DNA from: Bispira polyomma | Taxonomy: Eukaryota | Length of the DNA stretch: 64,000 nucleotides | Assembly (NCBI GenBank): GCA_965649765.1 | Contig: OZ287752.1 | Coordinates: 52,700,001-52,764,000 of the forward strand | Reading direction: 5' to 3' | Shown: piece after piece, positions 62,990 through 64,000 of the stretch | How the letters are laid out: the number at the start of each line of letters is the position of its first letter | Numbering within the stretch: position 1 is the stretch's first letter | Notes under the pieces: generated by a model | The model's input: only the letters and a program-made list of their open reading frames with translations | What the model was told of the DNA's origin: nothing | The model's database searches: none | Program-made: the position numbers and the translations under genes

Positions 62990-63415
62990 CAATAATAGCA
63001 TCTATAAAGAACATATATCAACAAATATCAAAATTAGCAAATAACTTTGCATCACAAACGTATAATTCTAATAATAAAAGTAAATCCCACAGATCATAAT
63101 AACTTCATAGTTAAAATCAACATTTACATTCACATTATTCAGTAATATCGTGCTGTATACTTGGGGTTACCACAGAACATAAACAGTGTTTTTTTTTATT
63201 AGATCTGCCCTCGTTGTTTTGTGTCATTTACTGCCAATAAATGGGCCATAAATGTTTAGTTCACAGCTTCCCTTTTCGTTCACTACTGAACCATATACTT
63301 TACATTTAACATAGTTTATGCACGCGTCTACACGTTACTTCTAACAACAACACTACACATAATCATATGCTTTAACTATCTACATGTGTACTGGTTGTAC
63401 ATGTTGTACTAGTAC

Positions 63416-63661
63416 AATAATTCGCCATTTTAGTTTTCTTTTGCTTACTCAAATCAAATAGCTGTTTTTGGAAACCCCTGGCTTTGGACACCGAATCGCC
63501 TAGCAGATGAGAGTTAAACCTCTTAGAGCTTCTATTCCACTCTGGAACCTTAGACAAGAACTCAGAGGAAAGTATAAGAAGGCAGAACCCTCATTCCACA
63601 CAGCCAGAGGAGTATTACAGTACCCTTTTTGCAGTAAGTCAAAACGACTCCGTAAGTAACC
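63416..63661 (-). ncRNA. Second copy of the candidate structured RNA element
   Basis: Same motif order as 40628-40847, with different but complementary stems. Confidence 0.65.
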
Positions 63662-64000
63662 AAATAGACATAATTTCACGTTCACAATATGTTATTATCC
63701 TATACTTTCACTAATTTTCAATTCCAACTCAGAGTGCCAATTGGCTCTCAACTGACTTAATTTATAGCTGTAGTACTAAGGGGAGGTGGTGGGAAGTTAA
63801 AATAAATTTTTGCTGTTGTTCCTTCGGTTTCAGTTTTCAATATGGAGGTGTAACCCAAGGAAAAACTGGGAATAGCTAATTAATTAAGCACTGTGATTGG
63901 CCCTGGTGTAGCTATAGTAAAATGCCTTGAGGATAGCTATACCTAATTTTTTTGCTTAAGGTAGGGTAATATGTAGACCGAGTTTTCTGTCCTCGACGAT

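Larger units (their letters stand above)
62720..64000 (-). mobile_element. 3' part (A2-spacer-B2) of a third Ngaro-like element, running off the window
   Basis: Minus strand: A-like block (CCAATCA, TCCATATTGAAAA) followed by TTCCCACCACCTCCCC as after A2 of element 1; spacer motif; B-like block (ACTAACATGTA..TCCTCA, TTTTATTATCTT, AAACTTACA, TTTGACCT). Confidence 0.7.

Overview
AT-rich, intron-containing animal genomic DNA, probably a marine invertebrate (taxon inferred only loosely from the SINE/LINE types). (1) A complete 26-exon minus-strand gene (CDS 26275->1898, 3891 nt, 1296 aa, all introns GT-AG, phases consistent) encodes a receptor: signal peptide, EMI, 2xEGF, Ig/FN3-like repeats, FN3, TM, Tyr-rich juxtamembrane and a tyrosine-kinase-fold domain. 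The domain has lost its catalytic residues (HRD->HKR, DFG->GFG, alphaC Glu->Lys), so it is a receptor pseudokinase. (2) Head-to-head with it lies a truncated plus-strand paralog (34030-44222) that could still splice into a 293-aa secreted ectodomain fragment. (3) Intron 1 of that paralog holds a young, full-length Ngaro-type tyrosine-recombinase retrotransposon (34445-41473, A1...B1A2...B2). Its sequence suggests gag-pol stop readthrough and a spliced Gag-recombinase mRNA. (4) Two more Ngaro-like elements are nested at the right end. One shares with the first a covarying ~150-200 nt structured RNA in the A2-B2 spacer, which is the most novel signal in the window. (5) There is also a single-exon GT11 alpha-1,2-fucosyltransferase, three decayed PIF/Harbinger elements, several MITEs, L2/CR1 LINE and tRNA-SINE fragments, and tandem repeats. 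All calls were made by eye; no database searches were run.
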